In this document: positions 9,675-18,538 of the stretch, in pieces | Layout: each line of letters opens with the position of its first letter | How positions within the stretch are numbered: the stretch's first letter is position 1 | NCBI GenBank assembly: GCA_963664435.2 | Contig: CAXXKM010000003.1 | Coordinates: 1,536,001-1,600,000, forward strand | DNA from: Longimicrobiales bacterium | GTDB lineage: Bacteria; Gemmatimonadota; Gemmatimonadetes; Longimicrobiales; Gaopeijiaceae | DNA length: 64,000 nucleotides | Reading direction: 5' to 3' | Notes under the pieces: generated by a model | Databases searched by the model: none | Seen by the model: only the letters and a program-made list of their open reading frames with translations | Told to the model about the DNA's origin: nothing | Made by a program: the position numbers and the translations under genes

Positions 9675-10382
9675 ATGGCCGAGCGGTCGCCCCCCATCGT
9701 TCAGAACTCCGACTCCGGCGCACCCCCGGCCGGAGATACCCCCTGGGAGGGCCTGCTGGCGAACCTCCCCGGGCGCGGCAACGTCTCCCGCCGCCAGTTC
9801 ATAAAGGGGGTCATCGCGACCGGCGCCTCGGTGTCGGCGTTCGCGTACTTCGCGGGTCCGGCGGCGACTTCCGCGCGCGCCAGCGTCGCGCGGCTGGTCT
9901 CCGTCAACGTGAACGGACAGACCCGGCGCGTCGACGTGCTGCCGCAGGAGACCCTCGCGATGACGCTCCGCTACAAGCTCGGGCTCACCGGCACCAAGCT
10001 GGGCTGCGACCGGGCGGAGTGCGGCGCCTGCACGGTCATGATCGACGGCGTCGCCCACTACTCCTGCTCGACGCTCACGCAGCGGGTGCGCGACCGCGAG
10101 GTCGTCACGGTTGAGGGCCTTGAAAGCGCGGACGGCACGCTGCATCCGGTCCAGCAGGCCTTCATCGACGAGCTGGGTCCCCAGTGCGGCTTCTGCACCC
10201 CGGGACAGGTCATGGCCGCCGCCGCCCTGCTCGAGGCCAACCCCAACCCCACCCGCGAGCAGGCGCGCCGGGCGATGTCCGGCAATCTCTGCCGGTGCGG
10301 GGCCTACGACCACTACCTGAACGGGGTCATGCGCGCCGCCGGAAACGGACAGGCCGTCGCGGAGGAGGTGTCCAGTGGCTGA
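9675..10382 (+). CDS. xanthine dehydrogenase/aldehyde oxidoreductase family 2Fe-2S subunit with Tat signal (PaoA-like)
   Basis: RBS GGAGG; SRRQFIKG twin-arginine motif; GCDRAECGACTV, QCGFCTPGQ and NLCRCGAY motifs. Confidence 0.92.
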   Translation: MAERSPPIVQNSDSGAPPAGDTPWEGLLANLPGRGNVSRRQFIKGVIATGASVSAFAYFAGPAATSARASVARLVSVNVNGQTRRVDVLPQETLAMTLRYKLGLTGTKLGCDRAECGACTVMIDGVAHYSCSTLTQRVRDREVVTVEGLESADGTLHPVQQAFIDELGPQCGFCTPGQVMAAAALLEANPNPTREQARRAMSGNLCRCGAYDHYLNGVMRAAGNGQAVAEEVSSG

Positions 10383-12774
10383 ACTCATCGGCAGGGACTT
10401 CGCGCCCCCGGACGTCATCAGCAAGGTCACCGGCAGGGCCCGCTACGCGGAGGATTTCCGCGCCGACGGCATGCTTTTCTGCCGCCTCATCACGAGCCCG
10501 ATGCCCCACGCGCAGGTGCGCGCCATCGACGCGTCCGAGGCGCTCGCGATGGAAGGGGTGGTCGCCATCCTGACCGCGGACGAGGTGCCCGAAATCGAGG
10601 CGCCCGGCAACCCCATCCTCACCAACACTCCGCACTTCGTGGGCGAGCCGATCGCGGCGCTGGCCGCCGTCGACGAGACCACCGCGCAGGACGCCATCGC
10701 GAAGGTCAAGCTCGACCTCCAGCCCTTGCCGTTCGTGGTGGATCCGCTCGAGAGCCTGCGCCCCGGCGGCCCCAACGCGCGCACCGAGGGCAATACCTCC
10801 CAGCGCGGCGAGGGCATCTCGGAGGTGAAGTGGACGGAGGAGGACTTCGCCGCCGCCTCCGGTGGCGAGCTGCCCATGGGGGAGGTCACCACGGAGTGGT
10901 CCTACGGGGATGTCGAGGCCGGCTTCCGCGAGGCGGCGCTGGTGCTCGACGAGACCTTCGTCACCGCGGGCACCTCGCACCACTCGATGGAGCCGCGCAC
11001 GGCGATGGCCTACTGGCAAAACGGCAAATGCCACGTCTTCGGCTCCAGCCAGAGCCAGAGCGCGGTGCTGAACGGGCTCGCGCGCTACATCGGCATCCCG
11101 CCCGAGGACGTGGTATTCGTGGGCGAGTACTGCGGCGGCGGATTCGGCTCCAAGGGGAGCGCCTACCCGATCATGTCGGTGCCGGCGCACATGTCCCGGA
11201 AGACGGGCCGGCCGGTGATGATGCGCATCAGCCGGGCGGAGGAATACGCCATCGGCTCCGCGCGGGCCGGCTTCCAGGGCCGCATCCGCATGGGCTTCCG
11301 GCGCGACGGCCGGATCAGCGCGGTCGATCTCTTCATCGTCCAGGAGAACGGGCCCAACAACGGCTTCGGCGACTTCAACAGCGCCGCCGGCGCCGTCACC
11401 ATCGTCTACACGCCGCCGGCGATGCGCTTCCGCGGCATTCCGGTGCTTACCAACACGCCCGCCCGGGGTGCGCAGCGGGGCCCGGGCCAGAACCAGATCG
11501 CCTGCGCGGTGGAGCCCCTGCTCGACAAGGCCGCGGCACAGCTGGGCATCGATCAGCTGAACATCCGCGGCATCAACGCGCCCGACTCGAACTCGCTCTA
11601 CGGCGGAGGTCAGGTGCCGGTCACCAGCGCTCATCTGGGCGAGGCGCTTGCCCAGGGCGCACAGCGCTTCGGATGGGAAGAGCGGCGCGCGCGCAGCGGC
11701 CAGCGCCAGGGATCGCGCGTGACCGGAGTCGGGATCGGGCAGGCCTACCACGGGGCGGGCCAGAGCGGCCAGGACGGGCTGCTGCGCATCGCGTCGGACG
11801 GAAGGCTGCACATCCACACCGGGGTCGGCAACCTCGGCACTTATTCCTACGCCGGCACCTCCCGCGTCGCGGCCGAGATGCTCGGATACGAGTGGGAGAA
11901 CGTCGAGCTCGTGCGCGGCGACACCTCGCGCAACCTCGCTTCCAGCAGCGCGCAGGTGGGCAGCAACACCACCTTCACCATGACCCGCGCCGGCCACGCG
12001 GCGGCGACGGACGCGCTCGAGAAGCTGAAGGCGATCGCGGCCATCGAGCTGGGCGGCTCGCCCGGGGACTACGACGTGGGGGAGGAGGCTACGTTCGCGC
12101 GCGCCGACCCCTCGCGCCGCATCAGCCATGCGCGGGCCGCGGCGCGCGCCATCGAGCTGGGCGGGCGCTTCAGCGGCGAGGAGTTCCCCGACGACCTGAA
12201 CGACATCACCAAGCGGTCGGTCGCAAACCTGGCCGCCAGCGGCCTGATCGGGGTCGCCCGCGACAACCTTCCGCGCAACGACGTCGTTCCCGCGCTCGCC
12301 GCCGGCTTCATCGAGATCGAGCTGGATCTCGAGACCGGCATGTACGAGATCGTCGACTACCTGGGCGTGGCCGACTGCGGCACCGTGATCCATCCCATGG
12401 GGCTGGCGGCCCAGGTGAGGGGCGGCGCGGTGATGGGCTTCGGCATGGCCTGCCTGGAGCGGCACGTCTACGACACGCGCTACGGGGTGGCGGGCAACAT
12501 CGGCTTCCACCAGGCGAAGCCACCATCCTACCTCGACGTGCCCTCGCAGATGGACTGGGACGCCACCGACATCACCGACCCACAGAACCCGGTGGGCGCC
12601 AAAGGGGTGGGCGAGCCCCTCATGGGATGCTCGGCGGCGGCGCTGCTGTGCGCCATCTCGGACGCGCTCGGGGGGCACTATTTCAACCGCATCCCGGTCG
12701 TCCCGGACATGATTGTGAACGCCGTGGCCGAGCAGCCGCCGTCGCACCGGCCGCTTCAGGTCAACACACAGTGA
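10375..12774 (+). CDS. xanthine dehydrogenase family molybdopterin-binding subunit
   Basis: KVTGRARYAED, HHSMEPR, GGGFGSKG, AQRGPG and GAKGVGE motifs; overlaps the FeS subunit gene. Confidence 0.93.
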   Translation: MAELIGRDFAPPDVISKVTGRARYAEDFRADGMLFCRLITSPMPHAQVRAIDASEALAMEGVVAILTADEVPEIEAPGNPILTNTPHFVGEPIAALAAVDETTAQDAIAKVKLDLQPLPFVVDPLESLRPGGPNARTEGNTSQRGEGISEVKWTEEDFAAASGGELPMGEVTTEWSYGDVEAGFREAALVLDETFVTAGTSHHSMEPRTAMAYWQNGKCHVFGSSQSQSAVLNGLARYIGIPPEDVVFVGEYCGGGFGSKGSAYPIMSVPAHMSRKTGRPVMMRISRAEEYAIGSARAGFQGRIRMGFRRDGRISAVDLFIVQENGPNNGFGDFNSAAGAVTIVYTPPAMRFRGIPVLTNTPARGAQRGPGQNQIACAVEPLLDKAAAQLGIDQLNIRGINAPDSNSLYGGGQVPVTSAHLGEALAQGAQRFGWEERRARSGQRQGSRVTGVGIGQAYHGAGQSGQDGLLRIASDGRLHIHTGVGNLGTYSYAGTSRVAAEMLGYEWENVELVRGDTSRNLASSSAQVGSNTTFTMTRAGHAAATDALEKLKAIAAIELGGSPGDYDVGEEATFARADPSRRISHARAAARAIELGGRFSGEEFPDDLNDITKRSVANLAASGLIGVARDNLPRNDVVPALAAGFIEIELDLETGMYEIVDYLGVADCGTVIHPMGLAAQVRGGAVMGFGMACLERHVYDTRYGVAGNIGFHQAKPPSYLDVPSQMDWDATDITDPQNPVGAKGVGEPLMGCSAAALLCAISDALGGHYFNRIPVVPDMIVNAVAEQPPSHRPLQVNTQ

Positions 12775-12784
12775 GGAGGCGGCC

Positions 12785-13774
12785 ATGATGAAGGACATGA
12801 TGCCCCACTTCGATCTGGTTCAGCCGACCGATGTGGAGTCGGCGCTGGATCTGCTGCGGGAGCACGGCCGCGACGCTTGGGCGCTCGCCGGCGGCTACGA
12901 CAGCTTCGACTGGTTCAAGAACCGGGGCAAGCAGCCCACCGTGCTGGTCGACCTGGAGGGACTGGACGGACTGAAGGGCGTGCGCGAGGCCGGCGACGGC
13001 ATCGAGATCGGCGCCATGACCAGCCTCACCGACGTCGAGAGCGACCCGCTGGTGCGCGAGCGCTACGGCCTGCTGGCGGAGGCGGTGAGCGTGGTGGCCA
13101 GCCCGCAGATCCGGAACGCGGGCACGCTCGGCGGCAACATCTGCCAGGACACCCGCTGCTGGTACTACCGCTACGGCATGCCCTGCTACCGCGCAGGCGG
13201 AAACATCTGTTACGCCGGCACGCCGGAGGGGATGAACCGCGAGCACGCCCTCTTCGGCGCCGACCGCTGCGTGGCGGTCACCCCGTCCGACTCGGCCCCG
13301 GCGCTGGTGGCGCTGGACGCGGAGATGGTGGCACGCAACACCCGCGGGGAGCGGGTGATCCCGGCCGGGGAGTTCTTCATGGGACCGGGCGTGGACATCA
13401 CCCGCATGACCGTGCTCGATCCCGACGACCTGCTCACCGCCGTGCGCATCCCTGCCCGGTGGGCCGGCGCCCGCTTCTACTTCGAGAAGGTTGCGGACCG
13501 CAAGACCTGGGACTTCCCGCTGGTGAACGTGGCCGCGGCGTTCCGGGTGGCGGACGGCCGCGTTGAAGACTCACGTATCGTCGTGGGTGCGGTCGAGTGC
13601 GTCCCGCGCCGGCTCACCGACGTGGAGGATCTGATCCGTGGCCGTGTGCCGAACGAGAGCACGGCGGCCGAGGCGGGCGAACTCGCGGCGCAGGGCGCGA
13701 AGCCCCTCAACTACAACCACTTCAAGATCCCGCTGGTGAAGAATCTGGTGGCGCGCGCAGTGCGGAGCGCCTGA
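12785..13774 (+). CDS. xanthine dehydrogenase family FAD-binding subunit (PaoB/YagS-like, 4Fe-4S insert)
   Basis: LAGGYD, ASPQIRNAGTLGGNICQDTRCWYYR..C..AGG..C and PSDSAPAL motifs. Confidence 0.93.
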   Translation: MMKDMMPHFDLVQPTDVESALDLLREHGRDAWALAGGYDSFDWFKNRGKQPTVLVDLEGLDGLKGVREAGDGIEIGAMTSLTDVESDPLVRERYGLLAEAVSVVASPQIRNAGTLGGNICQDTRCWYYRYGMPCYRAGGNICYAGTPEGMNREHALFGADRCVAVTPSDSAPALVALDAEMVARNTRGERVIPAGEFFMGPGVDITRMTVLDPDDLLTAVRIPARWAGARFYFEKVADRKTWDFPLVNVAAAFRVADGRVEDSRIVVGAVECVPRRLTDVEDLIRGRVPNESTAAEAGELAAQGAKPLNYNHFKIPLVKNLVARAVRSA

Positions 13775-13802
13775 GGACCGGACCGACGCAGGCTTACAGT
13801 CG

Positions 13803-13842
13803 AGAGCCCCGCCTCCGCGATAATGCGGGGGCGGGGCTCTTT
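13803..13842. terminator. stem-loop terminator between convergent genes
   Basis: 16-bp stem AGAGCCCCGCCTCCGC / GCGGGGGCGGGGCTCT, 6-nt loop, short T tail on the + strand. Confidence 0.7.
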
Positions 13843-13864
13843 CGTATCAAGGCTGCAGAGGGGC

Positions 13865-14902
13865 TCAAGGCCGGAACCGCACCCACTTCGTCATGCGCCG
13901 CTGGCTGACCTCCGCGCCGTACACGTTGCCCTCGTCGTCCACCGCAACGCCCTCCGGCCCGCTGAACCCCATTACGTTGGCGCGGTCGTCGGGCAGGAAG
14001 AAGTGTACCCATCCCTGGTTCGCGTCGCCGATGCGGATGCCCTTCTCCCAGCCGGCGTTGCGCTGCCCGGTGAACTCGTTGGGCGCCGGGCTCGACTCGG
14101 AGTCGGCCACGTAGATGTTGTCGTCGGCGTCGATGTAGATGCCGCTCGGCCGCCCGAACTGGGTCCAGATGGCGAGGAAGTTACCCTCCTGGTCGAAGAG
14201 CTGGATGCGGTTGTTGTAGCGGTCGCCGACGAAGATGCGGCCCTGCGAGTCCATCGCCAGGGCGTGCGGGTCGCGGAACTGCCCGGGCCCGTAGCCCAGC
14301 TCGCCCCAGGTCTCCATGTAGGTGCCGTCCGCCGCGAAGCGCACCACCCGGCCCCTGGTGCGGTCGTGCGAGTCCGCCACGTAGATCTGGCCGTTGGGTG
14401 CGACCAGCACATCCGACGGCTGGGTGAAGTGGGTGGGCGGATCGCCGGCCTCTCCGGGCGTCCCTAGCGTCATCAGCAGCTCGCCCTCCGGCGAGAACTT
14501 GAGCACCGAGTGCCCCGTCGTGGTGGCGCCGGTCCGCCACGCATCGGTCACCCAGACGTTGCCCTCATGGTCCACGTCGATCCCGTGCGGCCACGCGATC
14601 ATGCCGCCCCCGAAGCTGCGCAGCAGGTTGCCCTCCTTGTCGAAGAGGAGGATGGGATCGACATCCGAGCCCACACAGGTGTTGGCGCCACAGCGCTCGG
14701 CAACCCAGATGTTTCCGTCCAGCGCGATCTCCACCGCGCTCGTCGAACCCCATTCCCTTCCGTCAGGGAGCTCCCCCCATCCGTAGATCGGCCGGAAGGG
14801 GTTCGTGGTCACCGACTGGGCCTGCAGTGACGAAACCGCGACGGCGAGTGCCGCGACGGTGAAAATTCCAGAAGCGATCGTGGCGCGCGTCCATCCAGTC
14901 AT
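13865..14902 (-). CDS. secreted NHL-repeat beta-propeller (peptidyl-alpha-hydroxyglycine alpha-amidating lyase-like)
   Basis: Signal peptide from ATG 14902; WPHGIDVD.EGNVWVTD, FTQPSDV, FRDPHALAMD.QGRIFVGDRYNNRIQ repeats. Confidence 0.85.
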   Translation of the reverse strand: MTGWTRATIASGIFTVAALAVAVSSLQAQSVTTNPFRPIYGWGELPDGREWGSTSAVEIALDGNIWVAERCGANTCVGSDVDPILLFDKEGNLLRSFGGGMIAWPHGIDVDHEGNVWVTDAWRTGATTTGHSVLKFSPEGELLMTLGTPGEAGDPPTHFTQPSDVLVAPNGQIYVADSHDRTRGRVVRFAADGTYMETWGELGYGPGQFRDPHALAMDSQGRIFVGDRYNNRIQLFDQEGNFLAIWTQFGRPSGIYIDADDNIYVADSESSPAPNEFTGQRNAGWEKGIRIGDANQGWVHFFLPDDRANVMGFSGPEGVAVDDEGNVYGAEVSQRRMTKWVRFRP

Positions 14903-15096
14903 CTGTCGGGTCTCCGGGTTTGTGCGGTGGGTGCCTGGCTGACAGCGGTCGGAACGAAGACAACTCGCGCCGAGTCCTGCCGATGGATAAGAGACGGTAG
15001 ACATCCCGGAGCCCGGCGACAAGTACGCCCGGTCAGGACACCGGGACAACGGTGCCCGGATCGGCCTGTGTCTCTATAGCCGGCTCGCGCCTTCCG

Positions 15097-15486
15097 CTAG
15101 CCCCCACTCCGCCACGCCGCCGCCAGCCCCCGGTCGAACGTCATGAGTTTGCGCGGCTTTCTCCGGATGCAGCAGGCCAGGTGCACCAGGTCGCGGGCCT
15201 CGAGACCGCGGTGCCGAGCCGACAGGTTGCGCGCCAACTCGACGTCGGCCTCGTCGACGGGCCAGACGTCGTCCACCGTGGAACCGACCAGGTCGAAGGC
15301 CGCGTCGAGCAGCGGCCGCCTGTCCCGGCGCAGGTAGTGATGGAGGAGTTCCTGGAGCACTTCGGCCGAAGTTACGAGGGGTCTGTCCCGTTTCCGTGAC
15401 CGAATGAAGAAGTCCCTGGCTTCCTTCCGCAGGGGATGGTCGGCGCCCACGAAATACATGAAGACGTTGGCGTCAACGAAGATCAT
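15097..15486 (-). CDS. vapC: VapC family PIN-domain toxin
   Basis: MIFVDANVFMY, TSAEVLQE, ARDLVHLA and TFDRGL motifs; ATGA overlap with the upstream gene. Confidence 0.9.
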   Translation of the reverse strand: MIFVDANVFMYFVGADHPLRKEARDFFIRSRKRDRPLVTSAEVLQELLHHYLRRDRRPLLDAAFDLVGSTVDDVWPVDEADVELARNLSARHRGLEARDLVHLACCIRRKPRKLMTFDRGLAAAWRSGG

Positions 15487-15755
15487 GTGATGTCGTAGTC
15501 CGGATAACGCGTCTCGACGAGGGTCTTCTTGATTTCCGGCCAGTCCAGCTCCCGCGCGCCGGGCGGGTGACGCGCGTCGCACCTGGCCGCGAACTCGTGC
15601 AACTCCTGAACCGTGAACTTGCGCGGGCGCGCCGTCGCCAGCTTCTCCTCGGCGGCCTCACGCAGCCACTCCCCGAGGGACTTGCCTTCCCGCCGGGCTT
15701 GGGTCTGGTACGCCATCTTGGCGGCCTCCTTCACGACGAAGTGAATTCGGGACAT
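15483..15755 (-). CDS. putative antitoxin (RHH-like)
   Basis: 90 aa, MSRIHFVV..ARREGKSLGEWLREAA; translationally coupled to vapC. Confidence 0.75.
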   Translation of the reverse strand: MSRIHFVVKEAAKMAYQTQARREGKSLGEWLREAAEEKLATARPRKFTVQELHEFAARCDARHPPGARELDWPEIKKTLVETRYPDYDIT

Positions 15756-15849
15756 GGCATTCGCGGGACCAGAGGTTTCAGCTGAAACGCTTTCGCGACT
15801 CGTCCGGGCGACGCATCGAGCGAAATCCGGGGGGTCGCGGCGACGTAAG

Positions 15850-15870
15850 ATGCACCGTGATATGGTGCAT
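15850..15870. promoter_or_regulatory. palindromic operator candidate for the TA operon
   Basis: ATGCACC-N7-GGTGCAT perfect inverted repeat about 95 nt upstream of the antitoxin start. Confidence 0.5.
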
Positions 15871-16023
15871 GCGCCACACTTTTGCACAATATTCGGTCGC
15901 CGTCAAGTGCCTCGGCCCACAGGCAAGACAGGGTTCCCGAGCCCGCGGGCGGGGAGCTCCTCAGTTGGCTTTCCGCGGGAGCACGACTTGCGCGACAGAG
16001 TCGCCGCGTGCCTCGGCACACGA

Positions 16024-18483
16024 CTACCGCGCGCCGCCCGCCTCCAGCCTGCCATCCACGAACACCCACCCGGGCACTACGCGGTAATCGAAGGGATGCC
16101 CCTCCAGGATGACGAAGTCGGCGTCCTTGCCCGTATCGATGCTGCCGATGCGGTCGTCGACGTCGAGGAGTTCGGCGGCGTTGAGCGTCGCCATCCGAAG
16201 CGCGTCCACCTCGGGCACGCCGTTGCGGAAAGCCCACGCCGAGTTGAGGATGGGCTCGCCACCCAGGCGCCCGATGGGCGAGGCGCGCCGTGACGCCCCC
16301 GGGCCGTAGAACGCGACCTTCACGCCCGCGCGATTGAGGATGGCGGGCCCCTCCACGCTCCAGCCTTCGCCGCCGCCGCGGATGTCCGAAGCATAGCTCC
16401 CGGAGTTGCCCAGGATGACGCCCACATCGGCCGCCGCCAGCCGGTCCGCCAGCCGGTGCGCCTCCACGCCGCCGGTGACCACCAGCCGCAGGCCGAAGTC
16501 CTCCGCGATGCTCAGCGCCTCCTCGATCTCCGCCACCCGGTCGGCGTGGATCATCGCCGGCACCTCCCCCCGGAGGAGCGGCAGGAGTGCCTCCATGCGT
16601 GCGTCGTATTCGCGCCCCGCGGCGGCTTCGGCGTAGGCTCTCGCCGCGTCGAGCGTCTCGCGGATCATCACAGCGGCGCTCTCGAGCGTCAGCGCCGCCC
16701 CCCATTGGTCCGTCCACTCCCGCAACGCCGAAGCCGTCAGAGCGAACACCATGCTGGCCGGCTCCCGGCGCACCATCTTCTCGAAGTCGAGGCCGGGCGT
16801 CTTCACCACCACCCCGTTGCCCCCGGCCAGGTTGCGCGTCCCGGGCGTAACGTGGATGGCGGTCACCCCGATGGCCGTGTTCACCCGGTACGACGGGAAC
16901 CAGGGGTCGACCGCGTACAGCGCGTTCATTTCCGGAACGATCGGCGCGGTGATCTCGTCGTTCTGCACCTGCCACTTGAGGTCGCCGATCCAGTCGTTGG
17001 CGAAGGCGCGCGCGATCACGGTGCCAGGCATGACCACCCGCCCCCCCACATCCATGACCGGGACGCCGGCCGGCGGGTCAGCACCGCCCACCACTTGCGT
17101 GAACCGGCCATCCTCGACCACCAGGGTCGCGTTCTCGATCGCCCCGCCGCTCACGGTGAACACATGCGCCCCGGTGATGGCGAACGTCTCGTCGGCGGCG
17201 GTGATCGCGCCGGTCACCGGCGTGAACGGCCCAACGGTCCGCGGCCGCTCGGGCTGCAACACCCGGCCGCGCTCGTACTCCATCCGGCCGTCCACGAACA
17301 CCCGCTCCACCCGGTCCGCGGTGAGGTCCAGGAAGTGCCCGTCGAGCAGGACCAGGTCGGCGTCCTTCCCCGCCTCGATGCTTCCCACCCGGTCCTGGAG
17401 CATCATCGCCCGGGCCCCGTTGATGGTCATCACCTCGAGCGCCTGCTGGTCGGTCAGGCCGTGGCGCGCCAGGAACGCCCCGTATTCGCGGAAGTCCTTG
17501 AAGTGCTGGTTCGACATGTCGGTCTGGATGCTCGCGTACACGCCCGCGTCCAGCAGGTCCTTCAACAGGTTGAGGGGCTCCGGATCGTTGTAGTACTGGA
17601 CGATCATCATGGGCCCGATCACCGGCACGATCTCCGTCCCCGCGAGCATCTCCGTGAGCGGGAAGATCTCCTCCGCGTGCGCCAGCGCCAGCCGGTCGAA
17701 GAAGCCGTACTTGCGCGCCAGGCGGAACACCATCATGACCTCGCTGGGATAGTGCGAGTGCGCGTGCACCATGACTTCGCCCCGGATCACGGCCGCGAAC
17801 GCCTCCAGGCGCTCGTCCCGCTCGGGCGCCGGACCCTCCCCGCCCGCGTGCGCATCCTGTTGCTCGACGTAGATCTGCGCGCGCCGGAAGTAGTCGTCCG
17901 CAGTTGCGTACCACCCCATCACCGTCTGCGGGGTCTCCCCGGGACGCAGGTTGATCAGCGGCCGGACGGCCATCTTCAGATCCACGTAGGGCTTGAAGAT
18001 CATCTCCGGCCCCGGCGTGCTCTTCATCTTGAGCGCCACCGACTGGCCGCTCGAGATGATGCCGCTCCCCGAGCGCGTGATGAGCGAGGTGATGCCGCCC
18101 GACAGCGCCACCTGGATCATGGGATCCTCCAGGTCCAGGTGCTCCACGGCCTTCCACTCGGCGGTCACCGGGCCCGGGATCCGCGTGCGGCTGGAGCGGT
18201 CCAGGGCCAGGTGCGCGTGCGCGTCGATCATCCCCGGAATCACGACTTCGGCCTCGTACACGCGAGCGTCCGCGGGAGCGTTCACCGACGCGCCCACCGC
18301 CTCGATGACCCCGTCCCGGATCAGGATCTCGCCGTCCTGAATCGTGCCGCTGGTGACGGTGTGAATCGTTCCCGCGCGGATGACGACGGGCCCGGACTGT
18401 GCCGACGCTCCGCCGGGGGAAACCCCCACCACACCCGTGGCCAGCGTCAGGATGGACAGGCTGCGCATGCCGTTCCGAGTCAT
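16024..18483 (-). CDS. secreted amidohydrolase family protein with two tandem amidohydrolase domains
   Basis: Signal peptide; PGMIDAHAH; two copies of T(I/L)N.A..L...DR(V/I)GSI..GKDAD. Confidence 0.88.
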   Translation of the reverse strand: MTRNGMRSLSILTLATGVVGVSPGGASAQSGPVVIRAGTIHTVTSGTIQDGEILIRDGVIEAVGASVNAPADARVYEAEVVIPGMIDAHAHLALDRSSRTRIPGPVTAEWKAVEHLDLEDPMIQVALSGGITSLITRSGSGIISSGQSVALKMKSTPGPEMIFKPYVDLKMAVRPLINLRPGETPQTVMGWYATADDYFRRAQIYVEQQDAHAGGEGPAPERDERLEAFAAVIRGEVMVHAHSHYPSEVMMVFRLARKYGFFDRLALAHAEEIFPLTEMLAGTEIVPVIGPMMIVQYYNDPEPLNLLKDLLDAGVYASIQTDMSNQHFKDFREYGAFLARHGLTDQQALEVMTINGARAMMLQDRVGSIEAGKDADLVLLDGHFLDLTADRVERVFVDGRMEYERGRVLQPERPRTVGPFTPVTGAITAADETFAITGAHVFTVSGGAIENATLVVEDGRFTQVVGGADPPAGVPVMDVGGRVVMPGTVIARAFANDWIGDLKWQVQNDEITAPIVPEMNALYAVDPWFPSYRVNTAIGVTAIHVTPGTRNLAGGNGVVVKTPGLDFEKMVRREPASMVFALTASALREWTDQWGAALTLESAAVMIRETLDAARAYAEAAAGREYDARMEALLPLLRGEVPAMIHADRVAEIEEALSIAEDFGLRLVVTGGVEAHRLADRLAAADVGVILGNSGSYASDIRGGGEGWSVEGPAILNRAGVKVAFYGPGASRRASPIGRLGGEPILNSAWAFRNGVPEVDALRMATLNAAELLDVDDRIGSIDTGKDADFVILEGHPFDYRVVPGWVFVDGRLEAGGAR

Positions 18484-18538
18484 TGGTCGTTCTCCTTCTT
18501 CAAACGGACGCCGGAGTCATGCCCCGACTCCGGCAGAT

